From contig OZ024743.1 in NCBI GenBank assembly GCA_964016885.1, forward strand, positions 228,842,001-228,906,000: a DNA stretch of 64,000 nt, written 5' to 3'. Within the stretch, counting starts at the first letter, position 1; each line of letters begins with the position of its first letter. The position numbers and the translations under genes are program-made. Shown piece by piece: positions 1 through 12,340 of the stretch. Source of the DNA: Eledone cirrhosa. Lineage: Eukaryota. The notes beneath the pieces are model-generated. The model had not been told where the DNA came from. It saw only the letters and a program-made list of their open reading frames with translations, and did no database searches.

Positions 1-1282
1 TCAATTGCTATTAGTTGGTTGCAATTCCTGACAGGAGAAGGTGGAATTTGATCGCAAAATGTACAGAGCCAGATCAGAAACCAGAAAAACTTCCTGTCTG
101 ACTCTGTAGTGGCTGAGCATTCCACAAATATGTGCATCCTAAATGTTATTATCAAGGAGATGCAGGTGCTTCAAGTTACAGGTACAACTCATTTTTCTCC
201 ATCTAGACGATCTAAGGCAACATGAAATAAAGTTTCTTGCCCAAGGACATGTGTGCCGAACACCCTAATGACAAAGCAATGAACCTGAACAGTCAAAATG
301 TGTTGGGGTATAAATTAGAGCAGTAACCATATCAATCTTCCATTTATTTACCATCACACCCCACCATCTGGGTGTATAAGAACATACACAACTCTGAACT
401 AGATGCTATATTCCAAGACTGTCATACTACATCCCATACAATCAATCATAGGATGGGAGTGAAGAGCACAGCATGGGCCAAAAAGCTAATGCTAATCAAG
501 AATATAGCATAGTTTGTATGTATGTATGTATGTATGTGTATGTGTGTATGTGTATGTATATATATGTACATGCATGTTTGTGTATATGTATGTAATGTGT
601 GTACATGTGTCTGTATGTGTGTGTATGTGTGGGTATATATATGTGTGTACATATATATATGTGTGTACATGTGTATGTATATATGTGTGAGTGTCTGTTA
701 GATCTGTTGGTTATCTCTAGTTTTCCTTTGACTATTCCTGTAGTGTGTGCATGCCCAGCTAAGCACTAGCTACTCAAAACCCCACAACCCCAACTACAAT
801 AAAAACTAGCCCTACATATTGAAAATATGTTGAATGATGGTGATTATTATTGTCCTGCAATAACACCAATAAATTTCCTACACATGTTATACACCCCATT
901 GTGAATTAACAGTGACCAAAATATTAATATATATAATATAGTACACTTCAGCCAGCATGAATGATGTCACAAATCTCTCTGTCTCTCACCAACTTCAAAC
1001 CCCACCTTCACCACAAACCCCAATAGTAAACACTATTTTTGTTGTTGTTGTTTCAAGGAACACTACAGCCACTATTCGAAGAACAGAAGACTACCACAAT
1101 AAATCATCAGTGACAATTTCTCTAGTGTGAACACTGTCACCAAGGGTGATGTTGCCGTTACTACTACCAACCACCAATGCTACTTCTACTACTACTATGC
1201 ATACCCTTAACAGCAATACATTTACAACCCTTTACAACACTGTCAACTAACAGCATTATTATTGTTGTTAAAGAACAGTATA

Positions 1283-1480
1283 TTGGTTGATTTGTTAGAA
1301 TGTTGGACAAGATGCTTTGCAGGATTTGTTTCAGTTCTTTATGTTCTGAGTTCAACTTTGCCTTTAATCTTTCCAGAGGCAATAAAATAAAGTACCAAGG
1401 AAATACTGAGGTTAAGTTAACTGACTTTCCCATCCCTATAAATTGCTGGCCTTGTACCTAAATTAAAAACCAAAATTATC
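1283..1480 (+). mobile_element. tRNA-derived SINE (MetaSINE-like core), old diverged copy
   Basis: Colinear with the younger copies: TTCTGAGTTCAA..CTTTGCCTTT..AATAAAATAAAGTACC..AATTGCTGGCCTTGT..AAAC tail. Confidence 0.7.
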
Positions 1481-1492
1481 ATTCGGCGGAAG

Positions 1493-1538
1493 AACTGTCC
1501 TGATGAGATCCAGAAGCTCGAAATGTGCATAGACAGTT
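1493..1538 (+). ncRNA. Minimal type-I hammerhead ribozyme, copy 1 of tandem pair
   Basis: AACTGTC-CTGATGA-gatccagaagctc-GAAA-TGTGCA-TA-GACAGTT; 7-bp stem I, canonical core, predicted cleavage after 1531. Confidence 0.75.
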
Positions 1539-1707
1539 GTTCCCCATCTGCTTCTGCGAGAATATGCTAGACAACACTCTCTGCCAGCCTTTCAATATTC
1601 AAAACTTACACAAATTCATATACAAACAAAGCTAATCAGCCCACCTACACAAGCAAAAAATCTATATTTTTGCCTGTTTCATGTTCCAGGAGTGAGTAGA
1701 GGGAAGC

Positions 1708-1751
1708 ACTGTCCTGATGAAAGCCAGAAGCTTGAAATACGCATAGACAGT
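1708..1751 (+). ncRNA. Minimal type-I hammerhead ribozyme, copy 2 of tandem pair
   Basis: ACTGTC-CTGATGA-AAGC cagaa GCTT-GAAA-TACGCA-TA-GACAGT; perfect stems I and II, predicted cleavage after 1745. Confidence 0.8.
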
Positions 1752-1975
1752 TATCCCCCATTGATTCTGCTGGAATCCGCTAGACACCGCTGGCCCTCAG
1801 CCTTTCAATATTCATAGCTGGGCTTTCAAAATGTTATAAGTAGTTTTTCTTTGGTGATGTCCCCTTCCCTTTATTGTAAACTCTATCTGTGTTAGTTTAT
1901 CTGTTTGTATTGTCCCCAACATCTTAAACTATTGGGGCAAATAAATTATTATGATTATTTTAATTATTACTATTA

Positions 1976-2180
1976 GGATGGTGGATTGGGAGATTCGGTA
2001 GAGTATCAGACAACCTGCTTTGTGGCATAGAGTTATAGACCTTTATGTTCTTACTTCAGCTTTGTCTTTTATTCTTACAGGATCAATAAAATAAAGTACG
2101 AGTAACACACTGGGGGTCGATTTAATCGACTTTCATCTCCCAAAAAATTGTTGGCCTTGTGCCTAAATCAGAAACCATTA
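1976..2180 (+). mobile_element. tRNA-derived SINE (MetaSINE-like), longer subfamily
   Basis: GGTGGATTGG head, ATAAAATAAAGTAC core, GGGGTCGATTTAATCGAC segment, GGCCTTGTGCCTAAA tail. Confidence 0.75.
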
Positions 2181-2726
2181 TTCATTTATCTATATATTTA
2201 TTTATTTCATTAAAATGCAAGTGGTATTATTTTCTATGCAACAGAATCTGTTTAATAAGTTAATGTTTATCAGTAGATAATGAGAATGTACTGGAAGTAT
2301 TGCTTGATCATTTTTCAACTTTTACGAGTTGGTTCTTAGTTAATGCCACTCTCAGTTTAGGTAAACTATCAACAAAAATCTACAAAGATGTAATTGTTAA
2401 TGTTCTAATATTGAAAAATATAACAAAATAAACACCAAAATACAAAATAAAACAAAAGTAAATAGAAAAAAGCATCTCTTTCAACTTGGTGATGATTATT
2501 CTTGTTAAGCATGCATCTTTTGCAAATGTGAAAAATAAAACCATATTTTCTCAGATAATGCTTCCTACAAAATCCTCCTTAGATTTCCTCTTGTACCAAA
2601 GTTCAGGAAGTTTCATGTTAATGTGTATTGAAAACTGGATATTTTTATCTGGAATTTTGCATATATATATATATCTTCATGACAAAGATAAAGAAATGTG
2701 TAGTGAGATGATGGATTGATAGATTA

Positions 2727-2937
2727 GAAGAAGAAGAAGAAGAAGAAGAAGAAGAAAAAGAAGAAGAAGAATAGAAAGAAGAAAAAGAAGAAGACGGAGA
2801 AGAAAAAGAAGAAGAAGAAGAAAAAGAAAAAAAGAAAAGAAGAAAAAGAAAAAGAAAAAGAAAAAGAAAAAGAAAAAGAAGAAGAAAAAGAAGAAGAAGA
2901 AGAAGAAGAAGAAGAAGAAGAAGAAGAAGAAGAAGAA
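2727..2937. repeat. (AAG)n / (AAAAAG)n purine microsatellite
   Basis: Direct reading. Confidence 0.95.
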
Positions 2938-3069
2938 ATTTATTTAATAATAACAATCATTGTTTCTGCTGTTAGCAATAATGTCTGAATAGCAGGTGAA
3001 CATTTTTGCTAAGCTTCTAAATGTTGATATAACTTCAGCATTGGTGTATATAATATTATTATTATTATT

Positions 3070-3257
3070 TGTGGATTGGCAGTATCGGTAGAGGGTCGGA
3101 CGCCATGCTTTCAAGCATAGTTACGTCCCTTTACGATCTGAGTTCAAATCCCGCCGAGGTTGACTTTGCCTTTCATCCTTACGGGGTTGATAAAATAAAG
3201 TACCAGTAATGCACTGGATATTTGCTGGCCTTGTGCCTAAAGTAGAAACAATTATTA
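3070..3257 (+). mobile_element. Young tRNA-derived SINE (MetaSINE-like)
   Basis: A-box-like TGGCAGTATCGG, B-box GAGTTCAAATCC, core GCCTTTCATCCTTACGGGGTTGATAAAATAAAGTACCAG, tail GTAGAAACAATTATT; many near-identical copies in window. Confidence 0.9.
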
Positions 3258-3464
3258 TTTAAGTTTCCTTTGCTAATTTTTAGTTTACACCCTACAACTA
3301 TATACAACAGTCACTGATATTGTTTCTACTACTATCACCACAAAACATCACCACTACTATTTCAATGATGACAATCACTACTACTATTATTACTACTACA
3401 GCAGCTGCTGCTGCTGTTACTATTACACAATTAGTTCAACTTTTTATACTGTGCGTGTGTGTGT

Positions 3465-3809
3465 ATCATCATCACTGTTTTACATCCATTCTTCCAAGCT
3501 AAGCATGGGTTAGATGGGTTGTCCTGTTGTGGTCATACGGGAACTGATTCTGGCTTGATTTCTACAGCTGGATGCCCTTCCTAACACCAATCTCATTTTT
3601 TCTGTGGCGCCTACACGTCCACTTTACAGTGTGGGCTGGGTGCTTTTTTGCCGTGGCACCTCCTCGACCACTTTGCAGTGGGAGGGTGTGGGGCATTTCG
3701 TCTATATGCTTCAGCTTTGGCTTGTACCAGTGGGGGGTCGGGTCTTCTGTATTACTGCGTGACGCCAGAGGTCATGGTCGTGTGTCGTCGCCTTTGAGAG
3801 GTGTAATTG

Positions 3810-3810
<1 letters not shown>
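3465..3810 (-). mobile_element. Non-autonomous element with RTE-type 3' tail
   Basis: (CAT)n-..TTCCAAGCTAAGCATGGGTTAGA end and GGATGCCCTTCCTAACACCAA motif shared with copies at 5135, 7232, 35255, 41677, 42185. Confidence 0.7.
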
Positions 3811-3872
<62 letters not shown>

Positions 3873-4671
3873 AAGAAATAGAGAGCAAGAATTTCTACAA
3901 TGTGTGTGTATGCATTTACTGTCTGCCTATTTAGTATATATATGACTGTTGTTACAGTTATTTTCTGTCTTTGAGATTCCCTCATTTTCAAATATATATA
4001 TATCAAAAAAGAGACAACACAAAGACATAGGAAAAACGAACAGTTCCTTCTCTTCAGTTAACTTATGGAAATCACTATAGTTTCAGGTAAATTAAAGTTG
4101 ATATTATTTGTTCCAGTGCACATTCATTCATATAATCAATTCTGTTCATATATTAAAATTAAAATTGCCCCAAGATTATATCAACCCAAAGTATCTCTCC
4201 TGCAACACTCGCTCTCTCTCATTCCCCTACTGACTCTTCTCTTTCTCCTTCCTCGTCCATCTCCAGCTCTCTATTAATCACAGTTTCTATCTATCTGTTT
4301 ATTCCCTAGCTGTCCAATTATCTCTACCCCTGTACTATCTTCATCTACCTGGTTTTGATTATATATTACTTCCTCCACCTAACTACCCATTAAAAATACA
4401 CTTTCATCATTATCTTATGCTGCTTTGATATTTGAATAAGTATTTGTGCTTTTGTGTATGTCCATGTCTGTATAACTTATCAGTTTGTTGAAAAGATCAA
4501 TAAGATAAGTCCAGACTTGAAAATATAAGCAGTGGGTTCGATATGGTCAACTATATTCCTTTGACCCCAGACCAGTGACTGAAAAAAGTAAACAAATATA
4601 GGCATATATATATATGGTTGACTATACGGAATGACCAGTTCTCTCTCTCTCTCACTATATATATATATATA

Positions 4672-4842
4672 TAGTGAATCCCATTATAACAATATTCACA
4701 GGGTAACAAAATATTCTTTATAACGAGATCAACTGAAAGAAATCGACTGTTTTGTTTGTTATTACCTATGGGATTGAAAAAGATTTTATTATACTAAAAA
4801 TGTTGTTATAATGGTATTCATTATAACAGAATTTTACCTGTA
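4672..4842. mobile_element. pogo/Tigger-like MITE
   Basis: TA-flanked ends TAGTGAATCCCATTATAAC / ATTATAACAGAATTTTACCTGTA; internal segments match 31785-31980 in reverse complement. Confidence 0.55.
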
Positions 4843-5134
4843 TATATATGTAAAATGTGACACAAATAGAGTGAAGGAAACATGGTAGAAGACATGGCAG
4901 TGAACAATATGTTGGGGTCAAACAAGGTGGAAAAAAAGATGAGAAAGGAGGACATATAATTGAAACAATATATTCATATAAATGCAAATAACAAATATGT
5001 ACAATGAAAATATTTACACCAAATGAAATGAAAAAGGAGGGATCTAATGTTTCAGGTAAAAATCCTTATCGAAATAGAGTAACAAGAATGATACCATGTC
5101 AAGTTCACAAAGCAAGTCTATATATGTGTGTATA

Positions 5135-5520
5135 TCATCATCATCATCATCAACGTTTAACGTCCGTGTTCCACGCTTGCATGGGTTTGGACGGGGGTAG
5201 TCCCACTTGAGGCAAGAGTGATTGTCTTGCTCGCATAGGACTGTCTGGCAGGTTTTCTACAGTTGGATGCCCTTCCTAACACCAACCACATTTACAGTGT
5301 GGGTCTGGGAGGTTTTTACCGTGTTGCCTACACGGCCACATTACAGCGTGGACTGTGTGTTTTTTTGTCGTGACACCTACACGATCTCATTTGTTTCGGC
5401 CTGGATGGCGCGGCACCAACATAACTTTACATAGAACGGGGTGGTGTGGATGGGATGGGGGTGGTGGTGGTGGGACGGAGTGTATTTTGTTAGAGATGCC
5501 TACTGGCTGGAGTAGGTTTT
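5135..5520 (-). mobile_element. Non-autonomous RTE-tailed element, near full length
   Basis: Colinear with 41677-42075 and with the reverse complement of 7232-7470. Confidence 0.8.
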
Positions 5521-5529
5521 ACTATATAT

Positions 5530-6150
5530 TTAGGTAAGGCGGGTCTTCTCTGTTACTGAGTACCGCCAAAGGTCTCGGTCCAGTGACATTGTCTTGGAGA
5601 GGTGTAAGTGTGTGATGTCGGAGTTTATCAGCTCGTCCCAGGTTTTTCTAGGTCTGCCTATTCCGTGACTACCGTCTATCTTTATTGCCCTGCACTTTGT
5701 TATACAGCTATCGACTTTCATGCGCATCACGTGTCCATACCAACGTAGCCTTCTCTCGAGTAAACAACATCTGATCCTTCTTATCTCTAATTTTTTCCTT
5801 AGTTCGTTTATGCTTTGCCGTTCACGTATATTACTGTTACACATCCAGCGGAGCATGCAAGCTTCGTTCCTCTCTAGTCTGCGTATATCCTCTGCACACA
5901 ATGCCCAGGTCTCACTGCCATGCAGCATTGCTGTTCGTATGCAGGCATCGTACAACCTGCCTTTCATTTTTAGGGAGAACCCTTTAGCAGCTAATAGTGG
6001 TATAAGCTCTCTGAACTTTTTCCAACCAGTTCTGACTCTAGCTACAGTACTTTCAGAGCACCCTCCCCCACTGCTGATTTTATCACCCAGGTAACGGAAG
6101 CTGTCCACTATTTCTATAGAACCCTCTGCGCAATTGAAAGAGCTAGTATC
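5530..6150 (-). mobile_element. RTE-clade LINE, 3' ORF fragment (RT thumb/C-terminus), still open
   Basis: VDSFRYLGD..GWKKFREL..MLHGSETW..RRLRWYGHVMRM..GRPRKTW motifs. Confidence 0.92.
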
Positions 6151-6736
6151 TCCTTTACCCTTATAACAGTTAACGATGATGCTGCTATGCCAGTCCTTCG
6201 GAACAACCCCATTCTATATATATATATATATGTATGTGTGCGTGTGTGTATATATATATGTATGTATGTGTATATATATATTATGTATATGTGTGTGTGT
6301 GTGTGAATGCATGTGTGCCTGCATGTGTGTGTTATATAAAACACCTTAACTTTATTTTAATGAATCTATTTGTTTTCAAAAATATACAAGCTTAACATAG
6401 AGCACTGAAAGTTTTGAGGGGGAGAGACATCTTTTGAAATGCTGAATTTTATCAGCTAATGTGAGATAATTAATATATGTTTGAAGAATCTTTCTTTGAA
6501 AATTGGACCATTGTTTTGTATTAAGATAAATTCTGTCATAAACTAGAAAAAAAAAGTTATTTATTTTCTCTTATTTTATTTTTACTATTTTCAATTGAGA
6601 AGAGCTGACAGAAGAGCATTCTGTTACTAAGAATTATTTTGGCAAAATTCAGAAATAGCTGTGGAAAACAGCAGGTGATCATATATATATACATATATAC
6701 ACACACAAACATTATATATATATATGCGTGTGTGTA

Positions 6737-6786
<50 letters not shown>

Positions 6787-7231
6787 AGATTTCAAAAGCT
6801 AAATAGATTACAATGTGTTTGTATATATGTTTATTTTGTACAAGTTAACTAAGTACATATACCTGTTGCCACAGGATTCATAAATAATTCATATGGTGTT
6901 TATGAGTTTCTTTGTATGTAAGTGCAGGCCGTCATATAGAATTATCTATGGTTTGTTTACATCTATTTATTAATGATTGTACAAACACATACATACATAC
7001 ATATGTATTTGAAACAGAAAAAAGTATTCTCAATGCATTTAGTAGTGCTTATTCTGAATCCGCAGCTTCCACTAAATGAATATATATATATACATATATA
7101 TATATGTATATATATATAGGCAAAAGTATATATATATATATATATGTATGTATGCACGCACACACATGTATATATATATTTATATATGCAAATATATACA
7201 TATATATACAAATATATATATATATATATAT

Positions 7232-7470
7232 CGTGTAGGTGTCATGACAAAAAAACACACAGTCCACGCTGTAATGTGGCCGTGTAGGAAACACGGTAAA
7301 AACCTCCCAGCCCCACACTGTAAATGTGGTTGGTGTTAGGAAGGGCATCCAACCGTAGAAAACCCACCAGACAGTCCTATACGAGCAGGACAACCAATCT
7401 TGCCTCAAGTGGGAAAACTCCCGTCCAAACCCATGCAAGCGTAGAAGATGGACATTAAACGATGATGATG
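7232..7470 (+). mobile_element. Non-autonomous RTE-tailed element (5'-truncated)
   Basis: Ends AACCCATGCAAGCGTAGAAGATGGACATTAAAC(GAT)n; reverse complement of 5135-5380. Confidence 0.8.
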
Positions 7471-7567
7471 ATATATATATATATGCCTACATATACACAC
7501 ATATATATGCATACATATATATATATGCATATATATAGATCATCATCATTTCAATTCTACAGATGAG

Positions 7568-7693
7568 GAAACTGGAGCAACGTGAAATAAAGTGTCTTGC
7601 TCAAGGAAATAACACATCACCCGGTCTGAGAATTGAACTCACAACCGTTCGATTGCAAGGCCAATGCTCTAACCACTAAGCCATGTGTCTCCA
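7568..7693 (-). mobile_element. tRNA-derived SINE, second family (head + CCTTGAGCAAGACACTTT)
   Basis: Minus strand GGAGACACATGGCTTAGTGGTTAGAG..GAGTTCAATTCTC; related copies at about 100-290, 8240-8530, 10290-10557, 19995-20280, 32745-32980, 36215-36370, 41405-41510 (-) and 49121-49340 (+). Confidence 0.75.
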
Positions 7694-7735
7694 CTATGAT
7701 ATGCATACATATATATATGCACACACATATATATG

Positions 7736-7795
<60 letters not shown>

Positions 7796-7943
7796 CACAT
7801 ATATATACACATATATATATATACATATACACGTATATATATATATATGCACACACACATATCACATATACATATACACGTATATATATATATATATATA
7901 CACATATACATATATCTCTCTGCATATATATAAATATATTCAC

Positions 7944-8016
<73 letters not shown>

Positions 8017-8126
8017 TCTATATATATATACATCGCAAAACGAACCCAAACCAAACAGTGAACATGTTTTATTATATATTTCTGGCAATATTATAACAAC
8101 ATGACCCTCCCCAAATATAAATATAT

Positions 8127-8188
<62 letters not shown>

Positions 8189-8530
8189 CTATATATACAT
8201 ATAAACATATACCTATATACATACAAACATATATATAGGTAGGCCCCCGTCAGTCATGCATGAGTGGTTATGGTTTTGCATCTAGAAAGTTCCCTTCCGA
8301 GGCATAAGCTTGGGAAAGGTGTGTTTGTGGAAAACCAGCAGTTGCCCATGCATGCCAGTTTCCCCTTTTCATGCCAGCTATGTTGTCCAAGGGAAAGGCA
8401 ATGAGTGATACAGCTTGGCACCAGTGACATCACAACTCATTTCTGGAGCTGAGTGAACTGGAGCAATGTGAAAAAAGAGTTTTGCTCAAGAATACAATGT
8501 CCCACCTGGTCCGGGATTCGAACTAACAAC

Positions 8531-9199
8531 CTTCTTTGGAGCAGGTGAGGTGGGGTGTTTCTACTGAATGGATTGCCTCTTTGTCTTTGGTTCAAAGAGA
8601 TGAACACAACACTCATCCTAGGTTAGGAAATGTTCAAAGCAACCAGATGGATTTGCCTCAGATAATGTCAGATTTTCCCGTGATGTGATCAGCCTGGTAC
8701 ACTTTTGATCAGATGTCAGTTGACACAGCACCTACTGAGCAGAAACGTCAGGCCAAGTTCACTGTGCAGAATATTCTCAACTCTCTCATGAGATATGTTA
8801 ATCAATGTTTTCCTCGGTCATGGCAGTCGCAGGACATCTAGACCTTGGGTCATCTTCAAGTCTTTCCCTTACCCTTCTAAATTCAGCTGCCCTCTTTTGT
8901 ACTGTTGTTAAAGCAGGAACGATATCTCCTAATGTAGCAAGCATGTTAACATGAATGTTCTTGGGAGCTTAACCCTTGTGCTGCAGGTACTTGATAACAG
9001 CACAATGCCAAATTTTGTCCATTTTCAAGAGATGTCACTACTAGTTACTTTTGAAGTCTTTTTTGAACAGTCAGGTGCCAATTGAGATTGAGATAAACAA
9101 TGCAGTTATTTTTAAGAAGAGTTGAAACTATGCATGCTTGATTTCAAAGCTCTAAGACAATTCCTTCATAGTCAGCCTATAAACTTTTCAGCCCACCCT
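8531..9199 (-). mobile_element. Mariner transposon, 5' part with degenerate transposase (pseudogene)
   Basis: From ATG at 9022: MDKIWHCAVIKYLQHKG*APKNIHVNMLATLGD..LEDDPRS..LTSDQK..FLT*DECCVHLFEPKTKRQS..SPAPKK; stops and an internal deletion; TIR-like end AGGGTGGGCTGAAAAGTTTATAGGCTGAC next to TA at about 9200. Confidence 0.88.
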
Positions 9200-12189
9200 T
9201 ATATATATATATATGTGTGTGTGAGAGAGAGAGAGATAGAGAGGAGGGATGAGAAAGGTGGGGGAATATGCGAGTGAGATTGTGTATAAGTCTAGATATG
9301 TACAACAATTAATGCTTAAATTATAATGAATTGTGTATCGATGTATGAACATAATTTCAGTTATTTTTCCTATGGGAGCCTACATATGTTTTTTTTATTT
9401 ATTGAAAATGATAATGATGAAAACCTGAAGATACTTCTGTAGGGTCTGTGTATATTTAATATAGAGAGGGGTGTGAGGGACTATATAATCCACTCTTGAC
9501 TTCATTTCTGAGTAGTTCATATAATTTGACTAGATCTTGGTTGATTGCAGTTGATATTTGATGGGAGGTGAAGTGTGATGGTTGATAGATAAAGGATACC
9601 ATTACTAAAAGGTCTGGTACCTCTTCACAGTAGTTAAAAGAACTGAACCATATTGAATGCCTTTGATCAGAGATATGCTTGATCAAGATAACCTGTGGCT
9701 AAATAACAGTGATAAGTATTATTTTACAAGTTTACAGCTCTTAAGGGATTCAATCATCATCATCATCATCATTTAACATATTTTTCCATACTGTTATGGG
9801 TTGGATAGGTTGACACAAGTCAGTATTTACTCAGGGCTACTGTCCTCCCACACAGGTAGTTGGGGGTTCATACTTATATCCTTTCCAATGTTTGCAACTG
9901 AATACCCTTCCTATGAGAACAACCCCTTTACAGAATGTACAGAATGGGTACATTTGGAACATAACTTAAAGATTTTTACATAATATTATGATGAGGCTTT
10001 TATATATAAATACAAACACCTTAAAATAAACAAATGGTTTGGTATCAGAAGTCTTATACCCCAAAGTTAAGGGTTTTTTCTTTTGTATTCCTAATTTAAC
10101 ATGATATAAAATAACTGAAGAACAAAGAGGAAAATAAAGGAAGAAATACAATCCAACAACTATTTATATAAGTGTAACATCATGTATATCCTGTACATGT
10201 ATTAATAAGAATCTTTTTAATAGATCTGAAAGGATATTTTGGTTTAGTTATGTCTTCTTGAGTTACTTTACATTGAGAAACTCTATTCAATTATGACAGC
10301 CCATGGGCTTGCACTGAGAAAGTTCCTCTCTTGGGTGCAAGCATGAGCAAGACATTTTGTGGAAAAACCAACACTTGCACATGCATACCAGTTTCCATTT
10401 TCATGACATTGCATTCACAACTCATTTTCTCAACTGAATGGACTGGAGCAACATGGAATGAAGTGCCAAGGATAAAATCCATTACTCAGTTTAGGAATTC
10501 AACTTACGACCTTGCAATCACAAGCTCAAAACTAACCACTAGGCCACATGCCTTCACTTAATTTTACATTAATACTTTACTACAATAGATCTCATCTTAA
10601 GCACTCAAATTTAACAGATCTCACTTGCAGTGAAATGAAATGAAAATGAAATAGAAACAAAATTAAATTTACCTATACACCTACAGCGGTTTAGCTGGTC
10701 TCCTATGAGGTTGTAGATCGTATGAAGTTTCTTCAGCATTTTAATGATAGGTGCCTCACTCCTAGTATGCAAAATAATTTGAAATGATGCATCTTGCTCA
10801 AAACCATAACATGCCACTCCATATGGGAATTGAGCCCACAACCTTATGATTGTGGTTCCAGAATCCTAACCACTTAGCTACACATCTTCACTCAGAGTAC
10901 CTTGAATTAAGAGCTTTTATTCTGGAAGCTGGTTTTAAGTGATAGTTGAGAGAAGATAACTTGTTCTTGTTTTGAGTGCCCACTTTCGTAACTACTTGGC
11001 TAAACATGTAATTTACAATTACTTTATGAAGGAGCCTGTATGTGGTTGGATAGCCTGCTAAAAATCCCAGCCAAACCTCACTTAAATTCCATCCTATCAT
11101 ATTAAAAAAGGTAAGATATATTAGATAATGTAGTCCTAGATACACAAAGAATGGGAGAAAAGAAAGAATGATCATGACTCAAATTCCTTTGATCATAGTT
11201 TAGCTTGAGCAAGCTGACCTGGGGCTAAATAACAATGACAACAAGTGTTTTACAGATTAACAGCCTTTAAGAGATTCATTAATTGAGATAAATTTATTTT
11301 CTTAACAGTATCAATAAAAAAAATCTTTCCTAGATTATCCCATCAATTAAATGGAATAATTTTAATTTATTTTTAACGAGATGATTTAAGTCATTAATTT
11401 CTGAGTAAATGGATTATATCACTTGAAGCTTTTGTATTGTGAATTATTTTTATTCCATAAACATTTTTATAATGCCAACTAACCACAACATAATTTGGTT
11501 GGTACTATGAAGAGAATACTGAAGTAGAAAGAAGAAAGGATATAAAGATAGTATGAGAGAGCGAGAGAGAGAGAGAGAGTATAGGTGTGTGTGCAAAAGA
11601 AAGACAGAGCTAGAGAGGGAGAGATACAGACAATCTATGCTAAAAACAATTCTTTACACTTATGTTGGAGTAGATTTCACTTATAAATCTTATTAGAAAA
11701 TATTAACTTTAATAAGAAATTCACGACATATCTTGATAGCGAAAAATTAAGAGATTTTCACCAACTTGAAATATTCACACTAAAAAGTCATCATTCTTGT
11801 TAAGTAGATTTATCATTGTGGAAGAAGACACTGGTGCTAATGCAGTTGTAATTAGCAGATGAAAATTAGCATAAGAGATGCATGGATAAGAATATATATT
11901 AAAAATACACTCCCATTCACAGTTCACACACTAAAATTATGTTTCTGAATATAAATATAAGAAAATGAATAAAACCTCTAGCATGAATGTAATGAAATGG
12001 ATCTCCATCGTTTGAAGGATGAGTGTTCCAGTTGTTTGATCAATGGAGCAGTCTGCTCATGAAATTACCATATAAGTGGCTAAGTATGTCACAATAACAT
12101 GTATCCCTTGAAGTAATTCTCATAAAAATTCAGCATGGCAGATTATGTGACAAGGCTGGCCTTTTGATTTACAGGTACTGTCCCTCCAA

Positions 12190-12340
12190 TGGGCTTCCAA
12201 GCAGTTTCTATCTGCTCAATTTCACTCACATAGTCAACCATTGACTATACACTTGCCCAAGCTGACATCCAATGGGATTGAACCCAGGACCTTATGATTG
12301 CAAAGCAAACTCTTTAACCATTCAGCCATGTTGTGTCTAT
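12190..12340 (-). mobile_element. CORE-like tRNA SINE, third family (degenerate)
   Basis: Minus GGTTCAATCCC..CTTGGGCAAGTGT..GAAACTGC..GAAGCCC; relatives at about 14050-14180 (+), 27525-27680 (-), 35735-35830 (-), 46725-46875 (+). Confidence 0.6.

Noticed and set aside
3070-3155. tRNA gene candidates (A and B boxes)
   Set aside because: SINE heads; no full cloverleaf
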